A stretch of 64,000 bases of DNA from Candidatus Latescibacterota bacterium (GCA_965203175.1 OZ241867.1:2080001-2144000), one strand, 5' to 3'. Positions 38,715 to 48,502 are shown, counted from the first letter of the stretch. Numbers and translations: made by a program. The notes: generated by a model from the sequence alone, not told the origin.

Positions 38715-38889
38715 TGTGCTACTGCTCCCGTTTTTTGAGTTTAATGCCCGCTCTCGTAAAATATGAAACCCGCCGCAACTAGACCGTACTGGGAGTCTTG
38801 TCGACATGATCGGTTTCATGCAACATATGTAGTTGACAACTGATATAAAATCATTTAATTAATGATGTAAGATCGGTTGCAAACTGGTT

Positions 38890-40032
38890 ATGATCATGTT
38901 GTTCACGTATCGTACTTTAGACGATGAAGAGAAGCGGGTAGAAGAAGCTACGGCTCGCCTACGAGCCGATCTGCGTCGCTATGTCGCTACAGAGCCGCGC
39001 CGCTGGACGGGCTTGTTAGCCCGTATGACCCGGGCTCGCGCCCTTGCCGGATCCAATAGCATAGAAGGTATCAATGTGTCCGATGATGACGCCATCGCCG
39101 CGATTGATCGTGAAGATCCCGCCAACACGGACCGCGACACATGGCAGGCTGTCGTCGGCTACCGCGAAGCAATGGACTACATCCTCCAGCGCCGTCAGAG
39201 CCCGTCCTTCATGATCACCGAGGACGTGATCTTGGCCGTCCATTTCATGATCTGCCAGTCAGATTTGCAAGCAAATCCGGGTCAGTACCGCCCCGGATGG
39301 GTCGGTGTGCGAAACAGCAGGACCGGTGAATTGGTCCACGAGGGAGTGGATCGCGACCAATTAGAGCCCCTCATCCACGAGCTGCTAGACTACGTAAACA
39401 ACGATCAGGTCGATTCGGTCTTCCTACGCGCTGCCATGACACACCTGAACTTGGCGATGCTGCATCCATTTACGGATGGTAACGGGCGGACTGCCAGATG
39501 TATCCACACTGCGGTATTGGCCAGTGACGGGATCGTCGCGCCGACATTCTCTTCAATTGAAGAGTACATCGGCCACAATCAACAAAAATATTACGACGTA
39601 TTGGCCGAGGTCGGAGGGGGTGCATGGCAACCAGCGCGCGACGCTAAGCCGTGGATTCGCTTCTGCTTAACTGGTCACTATGTGCAAGCGCAAACACTGC
39701 TCCGTCGGATGCGAGAGTTGGAAAGGCTTTATGTAGAACTCTCGGATTTGGTAACTGCCAACGGATTACCCGACCGCATGGCCTTGGCCCTCATTCAGGC
39801 TGCCTTTGGCACTAGGGTGCGCAACTCGTCCTATCGGGTAAGCGCAGATGTGTCCAAGAATCTCGCTAGCCGTGATCTGAAGGTGCTCGTGGATACAGGA
39901 CTTCTAGTTTCCGAGGGCGAACGGCGTGGACGGTTCTACAGTGCGGCCCCCATTGTGGCGGAGATCCGTCAGAGGTTGCGGCTTCCCAAGAAGGTTGACG
40001 ATCCTTTTGCCGAGGGCGGGCCGGCTTCGTAG
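38890..40032 (+). CDS. Fic family protein with C-terminal winged helix
   Basis: HPFTDGNGRTAR Fic motif; SNSIEG inhibitory-helix motif; ASRDLKVLVDTGLL HTH. Confidence 0.93.
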   Translation: MIMLFTYRTLDDEEKRVEEATARLRADLRRYVATEPRRWTGLLARMTRARALAGSNSIEGINVSDDDAIAAIDREDPANTDRDTWQAVVGYREAMDYILQRRQSPSFMITEDVILAVHFMICQSDLQANPGQYRPGWVGVRNSRTGELVHEGVDRDQLEPLIHELLDYVNNDQVDSVFLRAAMTHLNLAMLHPFTDGNGRTARCIHTAVLASDGIVAPTFSSIEEYIGHNQQKYYDVLAEVGGGAWQPARDAKPWIRFCLTGHYVQAQTLLRRMRELERLYVELSDLVTANGLPDRMALALIQAAFGTRVRNSSYRVSADVSKNLASRDLKVLVDTGLLVSEGERRGRFYSAAPIVAEIRQRLRLPKKVDDPFAEGGPAS

Positions 40033-40098
40033 AAGTAAAATAAGAGTAGGTGAATGCGTCAGGAAACCCGACTTCGGGGACAGTTCTAGGAGGAGAGC

Positions 40099-41079
40099 AT
40101 GGAATACGTCAAGTTCGGCCGTTCCGGCCTGAAGGTGTCGCGCCTGGCCTACGGCCTGGGCCTGCGCGGCCAAGAGGACGCTGGCGAGGCCGAGCGCGCC
40201 ATTGAGCGGGCCGTCGAGTTGGGGATCAACTTCATCGACTGCGCCAACATCTACGGCTTCGGGGATGTGTACGAGACCCGAGGCACATCGGAGCAGGTCC
40301 TGGCGCGCGTCCTCAAGCGGCATCGCGACGACCTCGTGGTCACCTCGAAGGTGGCCAGCCGCGTCGGCGACGGGCCCAACGATGCCGGTCTGTCGCGCTA
40401 TCACATCATGCGGGAGATCGACCGCACCTTGGCCCGCCTCGAGACGGATCACATCGATGTCTACATCTTGCACGTGTACGACGACGAGACCCCTCTCGAG
40501 GAGACGCTGCGCGCCATAGACGACGTGGTGCGCGCCGGCAAGACGCGCTACGTGGGCGTCTCCAACTTTCAGGCCTGGCAGGTGCTCAAGGCGCTGTGGA
40601 CGCAGGACCGCCTCGGGCTCGATCCCCTGCTCTGCATCCAGAATCCCTACAACCTCCTCAACCGGGAACTGGAGCGCGAGATGTGGCCGGCGCAGCGCGA
40701 CCAAGGCTTCGGGGTTATGACCTACAGCCCCTTGGGCGTGGGCCTGCTCTCTGGCGTGTATACTCCCGGAGAGTCGCCGCCGGATGGCACCCTTTACGCC
40801 ACCGGCCGCGTCGGCGACTTGGAGCAGGACCTCAACGAGGCGGGGCGTCGGACCTTGGAGATCCTGCGGCAGATCGCCGACGCCCACGGTCGCACCGTGG
40901 CGCAGACGGCGATCAACTGGGTGCTCTCCCACCCCGAGGTGACGGCGGCTATCACCGGCGGCGATACGGTGGCTCACATGGAGGAGAACGTCGGCGCTGT
41001 GGGCTGGTCGATCACGCCGGAGGACCGGACTCGTCTCGACGAGGCCTCGGCCGGCCAGGATCGCGTCTTGGATGACTGA
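40099..41079 (+). CDS. Aldo/keto reductase
   Basis: GRSGLKVSRL, DCANIYG, YVGVSNF, YSPLGVGLLSG. Confidence 0.95.
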   Translation: MEYVKFGRSGLKVSRLAYGLGLRGQEDAGEAERAIERAVELGINFIDCANIYGFGDVYETRGTSEQVLARVLKRHRDDLVVTSKVASRVGDGPNDAGLSRYHIMREIDRTLARLETDHIDVYILHVYDDETPLEETLRAIDDVVRAGKTRYVGVSNFQAWQVLKALWTQDRLGLDPLLCIQNPYNLLNRELEREMWPAQRDQGFGVMTYSPLGVGLLSGVYTPGESPPDGTLYATGRVGDLEQDLNEAGRRTLEILRQIADAHGRTVAQTAINWVLSHPEVTAAITGGDTVAHMEENVGAVGWSITPEDRTRLDEASAGQDRVLDD

Positions 41080-41104
41080 CCGCCGTCCTCAGTAGGGTAC
41101 ATCA
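41076..41104 (+). repeat. 29-bp imperfect direct repeat, left copy
   Basis: ctgaccgccgtcctcagtagggtacatca matches 44084-44112 at 25/29. Confidence 0.85.
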
Positions 41105-41187
41105 TTGACAGAGGACCCTTTATTTTTTCTATATGTTCCTTTCAGCTAACAGTACGTTCTCCGTTAGTCGGAGAGAAAGGGTTTTAA

Positions 41188-41952
41188 GTGATAGCGCGTT
41201 CCATATTTCAATATTATTGGTTCGGCACCTGTCTTCGTTTTCTTCAGGATGCGCCTCTTGGTGTCCACATGCGTACCACCCCGGATCGTGGTGGAATTCG
41301 CGACAATATTGAGGCCTTTTTCTCCTACCTGGACGATCTTGGTCTCATAGTTACTCGTCGCGCATCCCGTGAGCTTGCTGATTTCGCCGAATCGTTGTCA
41401 GATGAGGAAGGAGTTTCCTTAACTCAGGGACAGAGTGAGCAACTCTCAGCAATCATGAGGCAGATTCGGAAGACTCTGGATGCTGAGCTTGAGGGCTTCG
41501 AGGCGTATATCGTAACTCCAAAACGGATTGATATTGAGAAGCTTTTAAAAGATACTCCGTCCCTTCTGGCCCCTGGGGTCTATAGTAAGCTTCCAGAAAT
41601 TGCACAGTTCGACCTAGCGGAGGCTGGAAAATGTATCGCCTTTGAACGATCAACAGCAGCAGCATTTCACATATTGCGTGGTACAGAGTCCGTACTCGAC
41701 TCCTTCTACGAAACGATTGTTCGCCAGAAGCGTATCCCCCTCCCTCGAACGTGGGGGCCAATGGTGAGCGATCTAAGAAAACGAAGAAAAGCGAATCAGT
41801 ATGAGGTTCTTCTAAACAATCTTGATAATATACGGAGGTCATTCCGAAACCCTACCCAGCACCCTGAGCTTACATACGATATCCACGAGGTTCAGGATCT
41901 CTGGGCATTGTGTGTCGATGCTATAAATCGGATGGCGGAGGCTCTTTCTTGA
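41188..41952 (+). CDS. Stand-alone HEPN-like (DUF4145-like) protein
   Basis: EAGKC...TAAAFHILRGTE and C-terminal RNPTQH (R-x4-H). Confidence 0.65.
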   Translation: MIARSIFQYYWFGTCLRFLQDAPLGVHMRTTPDRGGIRDNIEAFFSYLDDLGLIVTRRASRELADFAESLSDEEGVSLTQGQSEQLSAIMRQIRKTLDAELEGFEAYIVTPKRIDIEKLLKDTPSLLAPGVYSKLPEIAQFDLAEAGKCIAFERSTAAAFHILRGTESVLDSFYETIVRQKRIPLPRTWGPMVSDLRKRRKANQYEVLLNNLDNIRRSFRNPTQHPELTYDIHEVQDLWALCVDAINRMAEALS

Positions 41953-41989
41953 GTAAAGTAGGGTAGACCCTCTATATCTACCTGTATAC

Positions 41990-42270
41990 GCGATAGCCAC
42001 ACATAGTCATTAGCCAAGAAGGATACCGGTGCCCGGACAGGTCAAGATACGCCTCTGTCCGCCGCTTCGGCCGACCAGGCCGTGGAACTGGCGCATTGCT
42101 TTCTCCTTTATACGGTTGAATGGGTATCCCGGCTCGAAGAGATGCAGGTCTGGGTCGCCTTTACCCCGACTGATAGCGAGCCACGCTTTCGTGCGCTGCT
42201 GCCAGCCTCCGTCCTCTACCTGCCCCAACGGGGTAATAATCTTGGTGAGCGCGAGCTGAATATCTTCGTT
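41990..42270 (+). pseudogene. Frameshifted fragment of a TIGR04282/DUF2064-family glycosyltransferase-like gene
   Basis: PVPGQVKIRLCPPL in one frame continues as SADQAVELAHCFL...LPQRGNNLGER in another; boundaries approximate. Confidence 0.65.
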
Positions 42271-42318
42271 GTAGAGAGGTCAGTAAGAATAGCTTGATAT
42301 TAGGGGGAGAAGAGAAGA

Positions 42319-42933
42319 GTGCTCAATTGGCTTGAGAATATCACACCACCGGCCGTAATAATCTTCGTCGGTGTACTGATTAGTGCGTTTGGTGCGCTTT
42401 GGGCATCCCAGCGGCAGGCTAGCTTTGAACGAAATCTGCGAGAGAAGAGTGAGGAGATTGCCCGGCTGAATCGAGAGCTTGCGAACTCGGTGATCGGAGG
42501 AGACAGCTTCTGCTACTTGGTAGTTTCAAGTCCCGACCCAGTCACAAATACTGGCCTGCTCGTTGTAGTACACCAAGGAGAGCACAACCTCTACGATGTG
42601 CACGCTAGGATTGTCGACTTGGAGAAGTTTGATCAACTCAAGGGGAATCTATCGTTTGCCACGCTGAAGCAGACGGATACGAACATCTCAATCGGCAACC
42701 TCATCCCTTCTGCCCAGGTGTTACATCCATCATTCACGCTCGGCAATGGCAACACGCGGAGGTTCAACATCTTCTTTTCCGCCCGCAATGGGTTTTTCAC
42801 TCAACTCCTACGGTTCAAGAAGATCCATGGTAAATGGGTATATGCTACGAAGGTCGAGAGAGAAGATAAGGTGATCTACGAGAAGGTCGACGACGAGTTC
42901 CCTCGAACTGCTGAGGGCAACGTCGATTGGTAG
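42319..42933 (+). CDS. Hypothetical protein with N-terminal TM helix and coiled coil
   Basis: AVIIFVGVLISAFGALW followed by LREKSEEIARLNREL. Confidence 0.7.
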   Translation: MLNWLENITPPAVIIFVGVLISAFGALWASQRQASFERNLREKSEEIARLNRELANSVIGGDSFCYLVVSSPDPVTNTGLLVVVHQGEHNLYDVHARIVDLEKFDQLKGNLSFATLKQTDTNISIGNLIPSAQVLHPSFTLGNGNTRRFNIFFSARNGFFTQLLRFKKIHGKWVYATKVEREDKVIYEKVDDEFPRTAEGNVDW

Positions 42934-43175
42934 GAAGATGCTCCACGTCCTCCTTCCTGAGAGATCGATGCATTGAGCCCATTCGCTACCGGGAGTCCTG
43001 TCGAAGGACCCGCAAGCGCTCAACCCTGGTCTGGGCTAAGCGCCTTGACAGAGAATCCCCCAAAGTCTCTTTATTTTTTATACGTTAAATTGCGCGCCGT
43101 CAGCAATAGGCGATTTGGCTAAAATGCTGCGGGACTGGGGTCAAGCGAACACAACGAAAGCACAGGTATAGCAAC

Positions 43176-44030
43176 ATGCCTCAATTCGACACACACGCGT
43201 ACATCAAAAGCCTCGGCGAGGCGCTGGTACTCACATATAGCAGCGCAGGACAGGCAACCACTCCTGGGCTAATAGGGCAGGCGAGGGAAAGGGCCATCAG
43301 GGCAAAACTTGAATCGATTCTGCCAGGTGGTGTCGGAGTAGGAACCGGATGCGTCATTGATAACGAAGGTAACGCATCAGGACAAATCGACGTGATTCTT
43401 TATGAACAACAATTCTGTCCAGTCTTCAATATATCGGATGACGTGAGTTACTATCCGTGTGAGGCGGTAATTGCTATTGGTTCGATAAAAAGCACGATTG
43501 GGAAAAAGGAATTAAGAGACATATACAGTAATGTGGCCTCTGCAAGGAGGTTGAAGAGATTCGCAAGACCAGCAAGGGACAATGAACCGCCACAAGGAAG
43601 AGTCCAAGTTCGCACGTATCTTGACAAGAACACGCGTCTCATAGATGGCAATTGGGAAACAATACAAAATTCATCCTCTTCTGCGCAGATCTATGCGTTT
43701 GGGCTTGGTCAGTCATTCGGTGCCAAGCCTGAGACTATGATGAAGCATACTATGGATCTATACGATCAGTTTCCGGCAGAGTTGAGGCCAAACGTGGTAT
43801 TGACTGTCGACCAGGAAATGCTGGCACCGGCAGCGGAGAGGCAAATGTTCTATAGCGCGCTGGGTTGTCCGGGGGTTACTTTCGTGAAACCCGAAAATAG
43901 CCTCGAATATCTGCTCGTATCGCTGTTTAGCATCATACAAAACGGAATAACGGCACCAGGATACGCATTCGAGAGGTACGTAGTGCCGCCTCCGATGACA
44001 AGGATTCACACGCGGATGCCATCAAACTGA
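43176..44030 (+). CDS. DUF6602-like PD-(D/E)xK nuclease-fold protein
   Basis: GQARE...LP...GTG.VID...SGQIDVILYE...YPCEAVIAIGSIKST. Confidence 0.75.
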   Translation: MPQFDTHAYIKSLGEALVLTYSSAGQATTPGLIGQARERAIRAKLESILPGGVGVGTGCVIDNEGNASGQIDVILYEQQFCPVFNISDDVSYYPCEAVIAIGSIKSTIGKKELRDIYSNVASARRLKRFARPARDNEPPQGRVQVRTYLDKNTRLIDGNWETIQNSSSSAQIYAFGLGQSFGAKPETMMKHTMDLYDQFPAELRPNVVLTVDQEMLAPAAERQMFYSALGCPGVTFVKPENSLEYLLVSLFSIIQNGITAPGYAFERYVVPPPMTRIHTRMPSN

Positions 44031-44083
44031 AGTCCTGGAGTAATGGAGAGAGGGCGGTCAAATCGGATGTGGCGCAATTACGT

Positions 44084-44112
44084 CTGACTGTCGCCCTCAG
44101 TAGGATACATCA
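44084..44112 (+). repeat. 29-bp imperfect direct repeat, right copy
   Basis: ctgactgtcgccctcagtaggatacatca. Confidence 0.85.
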
Positions 44113-44217
44113 ACTCTCAGGCGCGCACGCCGTAACCTCCGAGGGTCGGGGTACACGGCGCGGAGATCTTCATTCCACCTTTATTTTATGTTCCAAAAAA
44201 ACCCAAGGGAGACCAGC

Positions 44218-45018
44218 ATGCGACTCAAAGACAGGACAGCTATCGTCACCGGAGCCGGGGGCGGCATGGGCCTCGGCATATCGAAATGCCTGACGCGCGA
44301 AGGGGCGGCCATCGTGGCGACCGACATCGACGGCGACAGGGCGCAGGCCACCGCCGACCAGCTCGCGAGCGAAGGGGCCACCGCGGTCGCCATCACCGCG
44401 GACATAACGGATGAATCCGCCTGCCAGGACCTCGTCGCGCAGGCGATCGAGCGCTTCGGTGCCATCGATATCCTCGTCAACAACGCCGGCCACTTCGGCA
44501 CCATCGTCGGTGCCCCGTTCACCAACTTCACCGGCGAGGAGTGGGATAGCAACTACGACATACACGTCAAGGGCCCCTTTTTCCTCTGCAAGGCGATCGC
44601 CCCGCACATGATCGAGCGCCGCTACGGCAAGATCATCAACATCTCTTCTGCGGCCGCCAAACGCGACCCGACCTTCCTGCCGACCTACGCGGCCGCCAAG
44701 AACGCGATGCTCAGCCTGACGCGGCTGACCGCCAAGGACTTGGGGCCGCACAACATCACCGTAAACGCCGTATGCCCCGGGTTCGTGTGGACCAACTTCT
44801 GGCACACGCTGGCACCGAAGATCGCCGAGGTAGATCCCACCTATGCCGGCAAAAGCGCCCGCGAGGTGTTCGACCTGTTCATCGCCAACTCGACGCCGAT
44901 GCAGCGGGAACAGTCGCCTGAGGACATCGGCAACATGGTCGCCTTCCTCGCTTCCGAGGAGGCGCGCAACGTCACCGGCCAGACGATAAACGTCAGCGGC
45001 GGCATGGTCTTGGATTGA
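44218..45018 (+). CDS. SDR family NAD(P)-dependent oxidoreductase
   Basis: TGAGGGMG, NNAG, YAAAK, NAVCPG. Confidence 0.95.
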   Translation: MRLKDRTAIVTGAGGGMGLGISKCLTREGAAIVATDIDGDRAQATADQLASEGATAVAITADITDESACQDLVAQAIERFGAIDILVNNAGHFGTIVGAPFTNFTGEEWDSNYDIHVKGPFFLCKAIAPHMIERRYGKIINISSAAAKRDPTFLPTYAAAKNAMLSLTRLTAKDLGPHNITVNAVCPGFVWTNFWHTLAPKIAEVDPTYAGKSAREVFDLFIANSTPMQREQSPEDIGNMVAFLASEEARNVTGQTINVSGGMVLD

Positions 45019-45133
45019 ACGATAGTGTAGATGCAAATGCAGCTAGTGTGGATGAACTGACACAGAGGTGTCTGTCATTGCTGGGCTTAGAGCACGCTGG
45101 GCTGCGTCCTGAACGAGATCACGACGGTTACAT

Positions 45134-45177
45134 ACCGGACATTTTTTTATTTATGCATAATTGATTAATTGTCCGGT
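45134..45177. promoter_or_regulatory. Inverted repeat, candidate operator upstream of the DUF4160/DUF2442 pair
   Basis: ACCGGACA (45134-45141)/TGTCCGGT (45170-45177) around the palindrome TTATGCATAA (45151-45160). Confidence 0.5.
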
Positions 45178-45219
45178 TTTGGATATGTTCTTTGGTAGAA
45201 AGAAGCGAGGAGCCATCTT

Positions 45220-45489
45220 TTGGGAAAGTTGGAATGCTTTCAATTGGCAGGCCTAGAATTATGGTTCAACTCCTCAGATCACGAACCTCCTCATTTTCAC
45301 GCTCGCAAACCGGACAAATGGGAGATACGCGTCTTTTTTGGTGCGTGTGAAGGCAGGAATCTAGTTTTTAATGTGAAGTTTCCTCCTTCGAAATCAGGCC
45401 CTTCGAGCAGAGAGCAGCGAAAACTGTTACGTCTAGTGCTTCAGCATAGAGACGCACTTTATGCCGAGTGGGAAGCCAAAGTGATATAA
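45220..45489 (+). CDS. DUF4160 family protein (putative toxin)
   Basis: DHEPPHFH motif and LYAEWE C-terminus; TTG start with GAGGAG RBS. Confidence 0.85.
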   Translation: MGKLECFQLAGLELWFNSSDHEPPHFHARKPDKWEIRVFFGACEGRNLVFNVKFPPSKSGPSSREQRKLLRLVLQHRDALYAEWEAKVI

Positions 45490-45499
45490 GGAGATAAAA

Positions 45500-46312
45500 A
45501 TGGCAAAGACGGCTGAAATGATTGTCTGGGCTCAAGACTTATTTAGCTATAACATTATTCCGCCCTCTTTCTCCGTTTTTAGAGAACCAGATGTGAACAA
45601 GATGAAAGCTCGGAATATTTTCGTATTAACTTCTGTTGCCGACCTTCCTACTGTAAGTGAGTTTGTCCGCGATCCCAATCATCGAAACCATCTTCGAACC
45701 CTTTTCGTCCGCGAAGACAACAACGCTCAGTTTTTGCCACAGATGCTTTACGAGGCAGACCTCAAAAGCCGCCGACATATTCTTGTGTATTCAACTGAGG
45801 ATGTGCCAAAGCGCGTTCTAACAGCTTGGAGTCTTGGATGTCCCGATCAACTCATTGCCACGGCACGGGTCGTAGATGAGGAACTCTTTATCATGGCGTG
45901 TGATAACACCCTATTCAGAGTGGGTTTTGCAGAAATGCCCGCACTGGAGCGCATTCCAATCCAACAGCGTTCTTTATTTTCTATCTCCAGTGAAGGCAGT
46001 TATATACACTGGCCTGAGGTTGATGTACATATTGACCTAGATGCTGTTCGCTATCTAAAAGACGAAACATGGCGTGAGAAAAAGGATCGGGAAAAACTAA
46101 TGTACGACCTCCGATTCGGAGAGGCCGTTGCCGCATTGCGCAAGCAGTATGGGCTTAAGCAAGCCGAGATACGAGGGCTTTCTGAACGCCATGTGCGAAG
46201 GATCGAAAAGGGGGAACGGACAAAGATTGATACGCTAGCGATTTTGGCAAGAAGCCACGGATTGTCTCTTAAAGAGTATCTCGATGAAATTGCCGAAATG
46301 TTCTCCTCTTAG
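45500..46312 (+). CDS. DUF2442 + XRE-HTH protein (putative antitoxin)
   Basis: ISSEGSYIHWPEVDVHID; LRKQYGLKQ...VRRIEKGE HTH. Confidence 0.82.
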   Translation: MAKTAEMIVWAQDLFSYNIIPPSFSVFREPDVNKMKARNIFVLTSVADLPTVSEFVRDPNHRNHLRTLFVREDNNAQFLPQMLYEADLKSRRHILVYSTEDVPKRVLTAWSLGCPDQLIATARVVDEELFIMACDNTLFRVGFAEMPALERIPIQQRSLFSISSEGSYIHWPEVDVHIDLDAVRYLKDETWREKKDREKLMYDLRFGEAVAALRKQYGLKQAEIRGLSERHVRRIEKGERTKIDTLAILARSHGLSLKEYLDEIAEMFSS

Positions 46313-46457
46313 GACTTTTCTTGCCGCGTCGGTTTAATGTAGCGGCGGCCTCGATCTTCGACGCGGCGCTCGCGCATTAATTCCATTGCTGGGACGCCAT
46401 AGCCACAACTAGTGCCGGTTAGTTCGACGGCAACTTCGATTATTTAGCGTTTGGTAC

Positions 46458-47617
46458 GGCGTTGTTGCATGAAAGCTGTGTTCGGGTCTTGAAATGAGTC
46501 AGGCTCTTCGGTTAGATTGGTTCGTGGTTTCCAGCAAGAAACACGTTCCTTTCTTCCCAAAGAGCCTGTGATGAGCAAAGTATCTGGCAGTTCGCCCTCG
46601 GTCAAGTCGCAACCGGTGTATCGGGTTAAGAATTGGTCGTCGTATAATCGGGCGTTGGTGGCTCGTGGTAGCCTGACGGTGTGGCTGGACGATGGTCTGT
46701 GGAAGCAATGGTATGCTCAGGGGCCATCGCAACGGGGTGCTCAGTTTGTCTATTCGGATCCAGCGATTGAATGGATGTTGACGATGCGGGTGTTGCTTGG
46801 GTTGCCGTTGCGCCAGACGCAGGGGTTTATCCAATCGCTGTTGGACTTGATGGGGTTGGCCTTGGCCGTGCCGGACTACTCGACCTTGTCGCGTCGCCAA
46901 GGGGCCTTGGCGGTGGAGTTGCCGAAAAAGCAGCCCGATAGCCCGGCTAGCCCGATGCACTTGGTAGTGGATTCGACGGGTTTGAAAGTCTATGGCGAGG
47001 GCGAGAGGAAAGTCCGTCAACACGGCTGGACCAAACGGCGCACGTGGCGCAAACTGCATGTGGGGGTCAACGAGGCCACCGGCGAGGTGGTCGCGCAGAC
47101 GTTGACGTCCCATCGGATCGATGATGCCTCGCAGGTGGCCCCTCTGTTGACCCAAGTCGACGAGGCGGTGGAGGCGGTAGGCGGCGATGGGGCCTATGAC
47201 AAACAGAAGGTGTTCGACGCCTTGGCCACGCGGAGTGATCCCTCGATTCGGCCGATCATCGCACTGCGCAAAGACGCTACAATCCATCAGCATGGTAATT
47301 GTAAGGTCCCCCCGTTGGCGCGCGATGAAATCCTGCGGGCCATACGACGAAAGGGACGCAAGGAGTGGAAACAGGCCAGTGGCTATCATCGACGCTCGTT
47401 GGCCGAAACGCAAATCTATCGCTATAAGCACCTCATCGGCGACAAGCTGAAGGCGCGTAGCTGGATCAACCAACAGGTCGAAAGTCGCCTCGGCTGTGCC
47501 CTCCTCAATCGAATGATCCATGTGGGCAAACCCCAGTCGTATCGAGTAGAAAAAATCAACTGAACAAAAAACAACATTCGACAATGATGCCCCAGATATG
47601 ATTCATGCAACAACGCC
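46458..47617 (+). mobile_element. IS5 family (IS903 group) insertion sequence, intact
   Basis: Perfect 16-bp TIR GGCGTTGTTGCATGAA (46458-46473 / 47602-47617); 9-bp target duplication GTTTGGTAC (46449-46457 / 47618-47626). Confidence 0.96.
46571..47563 (+). CDS. IS5 family transposase
   Basis: NWSSYNRALVARGSL, VDSTGLKVYGEGE, WRKLH, DGAYD, YHRRSLAET. Confidence 0.95.
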   Translation: MSKVSGSSPSVKSQPVYRVKNWSSYNRALVARGSLTVWLDDGLWKQWYAQGPSQRGAQFVYSDPAIEWMLTMRVLLGLPLRQTQGFIQSLLDLMGLALAVPDYSTLSRRQGALAVELPKKQPDSPASPMHLVVDSTGLKVYGEGERKVRQHGWTKRRTWRKLHVGVNEATGEVVAQTLTSHRIDDASQVAPLLTQVDEAVEAVGGDGAYDKQKVFDALATRSDPSIRPIIALRKDATIHQHGNCKVPPLARDEILRAIRRKGRKEWKQASGYHRRSLAETQIYRYKHLIGDKLKARSWINQQVESRLGCALLNRMIHVGKPQSYRVEKIN

Positions 47618-47760
47618 GTTTGGTACACAGGTATTCGGACTCCGTTTGCAGGAGTAATGCGGCGTGGGGCGATTCTTCAAGCGGGGTGGCTGTGGCTTTG
47701 CCCTAGAGGCGGATGATACCGGCGTCCGCCTCCTTTCTCATCAGTTGAGGATTGACCCCA

Positions 47761-48339
47761 ATGACGATTCATCTAGCTGGTGACGGTATAAATTCACACT
47801 GGAATGTCCATCGTTCTTTGGAGATGCTCCAGGGTCTTCAGAACTCGGCCATGCTTCTCATTCGAGAACTGGATAATCATGTCAAACAGCGAGATACCGG
47901 TGGCGGAAAGCACCCAAATATGATGGGAAATGCTGTGGCTGCAATTGTCTTGACTTCCTATGCAGCAGAAATCGCCTTAAAGACATTGCATGCACAAACC
48001 AAGCCGAACGAGCCGCCACCCCGAGGTCACTATTTGCTAGACCTGTACGATGAGCTTGACCCCGCAACAAAATCAGAAGCGCAAGAGTTAATTTGCAAGT
48101 TGACGCCGATGGGTTCTCCAGAGTGGATAGGCAAGAATCCGGATATTCGAGCTTTGGTTAAACAAGGAAATTCCAATTTCTCGGACTGGAGATACCTTCC
48201 AGAAAAAGCCCATATGACCAGCGGTGTACCAAAGGTTCTCGTGAATGTAGTCCAAGTGCTGCAACACATCTGTCTCCAACAAGTGTTGCTCTCGCTGCCT
48301 AATTTGACTGATAGCTCAGGCAATCAAAAGCCGCAGTAG
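47761..48339 (+). CDS. Stand-alone HEPN-domain protein (PF05168-like)
   Basis: AAEIALK...GHYLLDLY...FSDWRY. Confidence 0.65.
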   Translation: MTIHLAGDGINSHWNVHRSLEMLQGLQNSAMLLIRELDNHVKQRDTGGGKHPNMMGNAVAAIVLTSYAAEIALKTLHAQTKPNEPPPRGHYLLDLYDELDPATKSEAQELICKLTPMGSPEWIGKNPDIRALVKQGNSNFSDWRYLPEKAHMTSGVPKVLVNVVQVLQHICLQQVLLSLPNLTDSSGNQKPQ

Positions 48340-48502
48340 GTCGCCCGCGCACGCATCGACGCCAGCGGGGCACGCACGCTCTCACCCTTCGTAATAATGC
48401 ACCATCCTCTGCGGAACAGGCGTTCTGATCGCCTTGACAGAGAATTCCCGACCTTATACGTATACGTATAGTTTCCTGACGTTGCTGATAGATGAGGGCT
48501 TC

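Larger units (their letters stand above)
46310..47726 (-). pseudogene. Degenerate duplicate of the PNPOx-family gene 3' half (copy B), split by an IS5 element
   Basis: 46310-46457 plus 47627-47726 align to 49285-49533; two in-frame stops (TAC>TAG, CAA>TAA) and a small deletion near the stop codon. Confidence 0.9.

Noticed and set aside
38815-38825. ttcatgcaaca resembling the IS5 terminal repeat upstream of fic
   Set aside because: Only 11 bp, lacks the terminal acgcc and has no partner end or target duplication
39904-47584. Antisense ORFs 39904-40977, 44170-45036 and 46499-47584
   Set aside because: They overlap well-supported akr, SDR and transposase genes on the other strand
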